20,612 nt of DNA from Candidatus Bathyarchaeum sp. (GTDB taxonomy: Archaea > Thermoproteota > Bathyarchaeia > Bathyarchaeales > Bathyarchaeaceae), in NCBI GenBank assembly GCA_026014495.1, contig JAOZIF010000101.1, positions 1 through 20,612 on the forward strand, written 5' to 3'. Numbering within the stretch: the first letter of the stretch is position 1; each line of letters opens with the position of its first letter. Of this stretch, positions 15,855-20,612 are shown piece by piece. The notes under the pieces were generated by a model. That model worked only from the letters and a program-made list of their open reading frames with translations, did not search any database and was not told where the DNA came from. The translations under genes and the position numbers were made by a program.

Positions 15855-17248
15855 TTAACCAGATCAATAAGCATACGTAAACCTGCAACATTTGTCTTCA
15901 TGTCCGTTATTGAACCCAATTTTTTTATCCGCTTCCACAGATATGCGCCCCTAAAGTAAAAAGAAGAATAAGCTTTTTTGTTCCATTTCCTTAATTCTTC
16001 TGGGCTTAAGGTTGCTGTTTTGAATGTTGGGTAATCCATAGACTTCAAATCGGCATAAACATACTTTTTCCACTCAGTAGGCACATAACCATCTTTTACT
16101 GCGAGGTCATAAAGGTCAGTTCCAGGATATGGAGTGGTCAAAGAAAACTGAACGAAATCAGGATCAATCTTTTTAGCAAATTCAATTGTGTCCCTGATAG
16201 TGTTGGGTGTTTCTCCGGGAGCACCGATCATGAAATATGCCACAGTGTCAATTCCTGCGGCTTTTGTATTTTTGAAAGCATCAACTATCTGGTTAAGAGT
16301 TATATCTTTTCTAAGGTTGTTAAGAATTGTTTGGTTACCAGATTCGATGCCATATTCAATCATGTAACAACCAGATTCTTTCATAAGATTTAGCAGGCGT
16401 GAATTTACTAAATTAACTCTAGTTTCACATGTCCAAGGAATGTCTAAACCAAGTTCTTTCATTTTATTGCAAAGAGCAACAATTCGTTTCTTGTCTAAGG
16501 TGAATACATCGTCATAGAATTTTATTTCTTTAATACCAAATTTTTCAATTAACAACTGAATCTCAGCGATCACGTAATCTGCACTGTTTCCACAATATTT
16601 CCTGCCAAAAACAGATTTTGAACAAAAAATACACCGGTAAGGACATCCTCGACTAGTAATAATTGGCATAGCAGGTGATCGGCGCCCAAAAGGAGGGTGT
16701 AAACGGTATTTATCCATTAATAATAAATCAAAAGCAGGATAAGGTAAAGAATCAAGATCCAAAATGGGCATTCTTTCTGGGTTACTTTTGATAATGTTTC
16801 CCGACCGATAAGTTATTCCAGAAACATCCTTAAGACCAGACATCTGATTTGCACCGAAAACTTTGACCAACTCAAGCATGGTCTGTTCACCCTCTCCACG
16901 CACAACTACATCTATTGCAGAAGTGTTACGCAATGTCTCTTCAGGAAGTATCGTGCCATGAGCACCACCAAGAACAACCGGAATATCACTGTTAGATGCT
17001 TTCACTATCTCAGCTGTCTTAATTGCCGAATCAATCTCAGGAGTAAGAGCGGTTATTCCAACAACATCAGGTTGTTCTTTTGCTACTGTTGATGAAATCA
17101 CCTTTTCAGACAAACCCAAAGCAGGCAAATCCAATACATCTATGTCGTATCCGTTTTTCAACAAAACTGCTCCAATCATAGCCAAACCAAGAGGCGGCTG
17201 CGGATATTTTGTCGAGTGGAAAGGATTAATTAGTAAAATTTTCTGCAT
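15851..17248 (-). CDS. Cobalamin-binding (class B) radical SAM protein, probable methyltransferase
   Basis: N-terminal B12-binding domain (PPLGLAMIGAVL, PDVVGIT, VVLGGAHGT, VVRGEGE), CxxxCxxC motif (SRGCPYRCIFC), FYDDVF, GIESGNQ, YFMIGAPGET and PYPGT. ATG 17248 is the likely start. The ORF track gives TTG 17260. Confidence 0.92.
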   Translation of the reverse strand: MQKILLINPFHSTKYPQPPLGLAMIGAVLLKNGYDIDVLDLPALGLSEKVISSTVAKEQPDVVGITALTPEIDSAIKTAEIVKASNSDIPVVLGGAHGTILPEETLRNTSAIDVVVRGEGEQTMLELVKVFGANQMSGLKDVSGITYRSGNIIKSNPERMPILDLDSLPYPAFDLLLMDKYRLHPPFGRRSPAMPIITSRGCPYRCIFCSKSVFGRKYCGNSADYVIAEIQLLIEKFGIKEIKFYDDVFTLDKKRIVALCNKMKELGLDIPWTCETRVNLVNSRLLNLMKESGCYMIEYGIESGNQTILNNLRKDITLNQIVDAFKNTKAAGIDTVAYFMIGAPGETPNTIRDTIEFAKKIDPDFVQFSLTTPYPGTDLYDLAVKDGYVPTEWKKYVYADLKSMDYPTFKTATLSPEELRKWNKKAYSSFYFRGAYLWKRIKKLGSITDMKTNVAGLRMLIDLVK

Positions 17249-17385
17249 TAGTTCAACCAAAAAGAGGCACTAAATTACTTTTGTTTAACACAATCTGCGA
17301 TAAGCGCCTACAAAAAACTAGAAGCTTTGTAAGCATTATCCTAAACTTAATAAAATTGGGAGCTACAACAACAAACAACATGTTA

Positions 17386-18387
17386 CTAAAATTCCGCAGA
17401 ATTTTTGATGCACATCCAGTTGTCCACAAACCAATCATGAGTAGACTTCAACCCATCGTGGAACTTCATTTTTGGTTCATACCCCAAAGTTTTTTTTGCT
17501 TTTTCGATTGAAGCAAGCAAACGTGTTTTTTTGTCCCAGTTCCGGCGCTCTTTGAAAATTATTCCAGCATCATTTCCGGTTATTTCGTTGACCCATTTGG
17601 CTAAGTCTTTTATTCGTATTTCTCGCGAAGTAGCAAGGTTAAACGCTTCACCAACAGCTTCTTTGTGGTATGCCATCGCCAGCAATCCGCTGACTATATC
17701 GCCAACGTAAGTGAAATCGCGTGTTTCTTCTCCAGTTCCAGTGATTGTTAAAGCTTGTTTGTTCATTGAAAGATACATAAAGTTAGGAATAACGTTGCGG
17801 TATTTCCCTGGAACTTCCCCTGGACCGTAAGAATTGAAGAACCGAGCGTTGACAATTGGTAAATGATAAAGGTTGTAGTAGTAGTTGGTGTATAGTTCTC
17901 CAAGCATTTTGGTAACCTGATAAGGTGTATACAGCTTCAGTGATGCATCATGTTCCTCGAAGGGTATCTTTGAGTCTGAACCGTAGATTCCACACCCAGA
18001 AGAAGCATAAATTAATCTGTCAACACCAACAAGATGGGAGTATTCAAGAATTTTCAGGGTCCCCATTCCATTTACCATCAGGTCTGTTTCAGGGTTGTCA
18101 ACTGAATTTTGATTTGCAAAATGAGCAGCTAAGTGATATACGATGTTGGGTTTTTGTTTGAATGCCCAGTTCAGTGTTTCATCGTCCAAAATACTTCCGT
18201 TGACAAAAGAGATGTTTGAAGCTCTTGGGATATTCCAAGGGTATGAAGATGAAAGGTCGTCAAGAATAATGATTTTGTTTGGTTCGTATTCCTTGATTTT
18301 TTTGACCAGATTAGACCCGATTGCTCCTGCACCACCGGTCACTAACACTGTTTTTCCTTTGAAGTTTTCAGTTATTTCTTGTTTCAA
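17386..18387 (-). CDS. NAD-dependent nucleotide-sugar epimerase/dehydratase (extended SDR)
   Basis: VLVTGGAGAIG, HLAA, YASSGCGIYG, YQVTK (YxxxK), FNSYGPG and TRDFTYV. GAGGT RBS at 18396-18400 precedes the TTG start. Confidence 0.92.
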   Translation of the reverse strand: MKQEITENFKGKTVLVTGGAGAIGSNLVKKIKEYEPNKIIILDDLSSSYPWNIPRASNISFVNGSILDDETLNWAFKQKPNIVYHLAAHFANQNSVDNPETDLMVNGMGTLKILEYSHLVGVDRLIYASSGCGIYGSDSKIPFEEHDASLKLYTPYQVTKMLGELYTNYYYNLYHLPIVNARFFNSYGPGEVPGKYRNVIPNFMYLSMNKQALTITGTGEETRDFTYVGDIVSGLLAMAYHKEAVGEAFNLATSREIRIKDLAKWVNEITGNDAGIIFKERRNWDKKTRLLASIEKAKKTLGYEPKMKFHDGLKSTHDWFVDNWMCIKNSAEF

Positions 18388-18436
18388 ACGTTTTTACCTC
18401 AATTCATAGACAGATTTTTTGTAGTCAGCGAAGAAA

Positions 18437-19360
18437 TCATTTTTTGTAGTAACTTTTGAACCATTCAACAGTTCGTTTTATTCCTTCGTCAACAGGGATT
18501 GTTAATTTAAAGCCTAAATCACGTTCAGCTTTCGAAGCGTCTGGTGTTTTAATTCTAGTCGTAAAGGGTTCATCGTCTTCATAAGTAACCATCGAATCGT
18601 CGGTTCCAACGTGTTTTAGTATAAGGTCTGAAACATATTTTATTGTATACTGCTCACCGCCACCAAAGTTGTAAACTTCACCAGATTTGAAGTTATCAAC
18701 TATGTTTGCAAAAGCTCTACAAAGGTCTTCAACGTATTCAAGGGTTCGTTTATGCCCAAGATAAACAGTGTAAGGCTCGTTTTCGATTGCACTGTAAATA
18801 AACTTAGGTATCCAACCACGATAAGGAGTGTACGTGTCACCTGGACCATAAACATTGAACAAACGCATCCGAACAGTTTCAGTACCAAACATTGCCGCAG
18901 AATTCAGTATCTGCATCTCGTTAACCCACTTTGATATTGCATAATCGTTCATCTGTTTAATCGGTATTTTCTCCATCACATCTTCGCTCATTAGACCATC
19001 GTAGTCTCCGTAAACTTCTGCGCTTCCAAAAAAGATCATACGAAACCGTTTTTTTTCTTGCACCCGCAAAATGTTTTTTGTGCCCACAGCATTTGTTGGC
19101 CAAAGGTTCTCATAATAGTCTTCACCGTTCCACCGACCATATTCTGCAGCAGCATGGTAGACGTAATCGAAATTGTATTTTTCAAGCATATGTTCAACTT
19201 GCCGGTATTTGCTTACATCACATCGAACATAGTTACGGCGCTCGGAATGGATTAAGTCGCATGCCCAAACTTTGTGCCCTCGACTTTCAAGCTCACGAAT
19301 TAGATTGGTTCCGATGAAACCCAATCCGCCTGTCACTAGTATCTTGGTTTTTTTACTCAT
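18437..19360 (-). CDS. NAD-dependent nucleotide-sugar epimerase/dehydratase (extended SDR)
   Basis: ILVTGGLGFIG, YHAAAE, GSAEVYG, YAISK (YxxxK) and FNVYGPG. GTGAGG RBS at 19368-19373. Confidence 0.92.
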   Translation of the reverse strand: MSKKTKILVTGGLGFIGTNLIRELESRGHKVWACDLIHSERRNYVRCDVSKYRQVEHMLEKYNFDYVYHAAAEYGRWNGEDYYENLWPTNAVGTKNILRVQEKKRFRMIFFGSAEVYGDYDGLMSEDVMEKIPIKQMNDYAISKWVNEMQILNSAAMFGTETVRMRLFNVYGPGDTYTPYRGWIPKFIYSAIENEPYTVYLGHKRTLEYVEDLCRAFANIVDNFKSGEVYNFGGGEQYTIKYVSDLILKHVGTDDSMVTYEDDEPFTTRIKTPDASKAERDLGFKLTIPVDEGIKRTVEWFKSYYKK

Positions 19361-19436
19361 GTGTATTCCTCACTTTTTCCATGTTTGTGACCAAAATTTA
19401 TGTTCCAAAACTAGTTTCCCAGAGAAAAATTGATTT

Positions 19437-19754
19437 TCATTTAGATACATTTTTAGTAATTCTTGTAATTTTGAAAATCACTGTACCACCGTCGGTGTAT
19501 GGTTGCCCTGGATCAACACATTGAATGTAAGCATGCTCTTTATCTATTGACTTTGTCAAACCTAGTTTTACTGGATCAGCACCAGATTCTAAAATCAACA
19601 CATAATGCAACAACGATGAAAGTGCGTGTGTACAAAGAGCATCAGTTCTATGCAACAAAATTTTTGGGTCATCAATAATTATTTTGTCTCCAACGTTGTG
19701 AACTGGGCACTTGCCTTTAATCGCACATACTTCAATTTCTAACATTCGTAACAC
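19437..19754 (-). CDS. TIGR04076-like small cysteine-containing protein of unknown function
   Basis: Pattern I.V..IKG.CP..VGDKI...LC.HAL...CVDPG...GGTVIFKI matches my recollection of TIGR04076. The start may be ATG 19745. Confidence 0.7.
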   Translation of the reverse strand: MLRMLEIEVCAIKGKCPVHNVGDKIIIDDPKILLHRTDALCTHALSSLLHYVLILESGADPVKLGLTKSIDKEHAYIQCVDPGQPYTDGGTVIFKITRITKNVSK

Positions 19755-19765
19755 ACAACTTTAGC

Positions 19766-20612
19766 CTAAGTTCGGTTCCCATTCTTTTGGGTATGTCTAG
19801 AAATTGCGTAAAGTGTAATTGCGGTAAATACCATGAACATTCCTATAATAGTAAAAGCGATTGAAGCCAAAGCAATATTTGTTATTATTTGCTGTTGTTC
19901 AATAAACACTTTTAACATCCAAGTTCCAAAACCAATTCCCGCAAACAAGAAAAACAATCCTGGCAAACCCAACAATGTTAGAGGCTTCTTTTCTACAACC
20001 AATTGAATAATGGACATAAACACGCTTGCGCCATGCCCAATTGGATTATGAGTAGATGTTTGCTCTAACTTGTCATATTTGCATGCTGCGGAAACCTCAA
20101 TAACTCTTAAATCCTGATTCTTGGCTTTCACTAGAATTTCGACACTGGACCCCATACCGTTTTCAACAAGGTTTAGACCACCCAGAGCCCTTTGTCCGTA
20201 TACTCTGAAGCCACACTGAGCGTCTTTGAATTCATGATTAGCCGCAGCTCCAGTTAATTTTGAAATGAATTTTATACCCAAGCTTCTGTATCTTGGAACA
20301 CCATTGGTTTTTTTGTCAGCATCCAAAAAACGTGACCCTAAAACGATATCTGCCTCATTTTCCAAGATGGGTTTTATCAATTTTGGAATTTCTCGCGGGT
20401 CATGTTGGCCATCCCCATCAAGAGTAATTAAAACATCAGCTTTTAGTTCTCTTGCTGTTGTGAACAAAGTTTTGATTGCGGCACCATATCCCATATTTTT
20501 GTCATGTCTAACTACGTCAGCACCTAATCTTTTTGCGATTTCTGCGGTCATGTCTGTTGAGCCGTCGTCACAGACTAAAACAACGTCAGCATATTTTTGT
20601 GTCTCTAACACT
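19766..20612 (-). CDS. Polyprenol-phosphate glycosyltransferase (DPM1-like GT2) with two C-terminal TM helices; 5' end lies outside the window
   Basis: VCDDGSTD, NMGYGAA, ITLDGDGQHDP, IVLGSRF and DAQCGFR, followed by two hydrophobic helices. The first GT-A strand (IPAYNE-type) is missing, so GTG 20611 is an internal codon. Confidence 0.88.
   Translation of the reverse strand, partial: VLETQKYADVVLVCDDGSTDMTAEIAKRLGADVVRHDKNMGYGAAIKTLFTTARELKADVLITLDGDGQHDPREIPKLIKPILENEADIVLGSRFLDADKKTNGVPRYRSLGIKFISKLTGAAANHEFKDAQCGFRVYGQRALGGLNLVENGMGSSVEILVKAKNQDLRVIEVSAACKYDKLEQTSTHNPIGHGASVFMSIIQLVVEKKPLTLLGLPGLFFLFAGIGFGTWMLKVFIEQQQIITNIALASIAFTIIGMFMVFTAITLYAISRHTQKNGNRT

Noticed and set aside
2648-17260. 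A true fosfomycin or other antibiotic biosynthetic cluster
   Set aside because: No Fom4 epoxidase, FomD, FomA/FomB resistance kinases, NRPS or exporter is in the window, and the surrounding genes are glycosyltransferases and nucleotide-sugar enzymes.
3687-19056. 8-nt A/T homopolymer runs in several genes as phase-variation tracts
   Set aside because: Runs of this length are expected in such AT-rich sequence, all reading frames are intact, and there are no long G/C tracts or SSRs.
611-19317. The short plus-strand ORFs and the nested or overlapping minus-strand ORFs (17253-17438, 19078-19317) in the ORF track
   Set aside because: All lie wholly or largely over well-supported genes, mostly antisense. 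They lack recognisable motifs and look like shadow ORFs.
1-20612. tRNA/rRNA genes, IS elements, integrases
   Set aside because: Nearly all sequence is accounted for by CDSs. The gaps are under about 170 bp, with no cloverleaf-like structure, terminal inverted repeats or transposase motifs visible.

Overview
An AT-rich window in which all 18 credible genes lie on the minus strand, forming part of a surface-glycan or glycolipid biosynthesis locus that runs off both ends. Transcription order, from high to low coordinates: DPM1-like GT2 (5'-truncated), TIGR04076-like Cys protein, two extended-SDR nucleotide-sugar epimerase/dehydratases, a cobalamin-binding radical SAM enzyme, GT4, GT4, GT2, a 937-aa polytopic membrane protein with a C-terminal CBM-like domain, GT4, then a tightly packed phosphonate (C-P bond) cassette, a flavin-dependent UDP-galactopyranose-mutase-like protein and long-form RmlA. 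The cassette encodes a CDP-alcohol phosphotransferase, a split phosphonopyruvate decarboxylase (alpha and beta), a PEP mutase fused to a nucleotidyltransferase-like domain, a group III phosphonoacetaldehyde reductase and a stand-alone LicC/PntC-like cytidylyltransferase. It has every step needed to make and CMP-activate 2-hydroxyethylphosphonate (HEP), plus a candidate enzyme to attach it to a glycan or lipid. No AEP transaminase or MpnS/HEPD dioxygenase lies in the window. A Fom3-class radical SAM gene in the same locus means the enzyme classes parallel the early fosfomycin pathway, but in a cell-envelope setting. Gene content and RBS style suggest an archaeon (Bathyarchaeia-like), which is inference only. 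All calls come from motif recognition by eye, with no database searches. I saw no RNA genes, CRISPR arrays or mobile elements.
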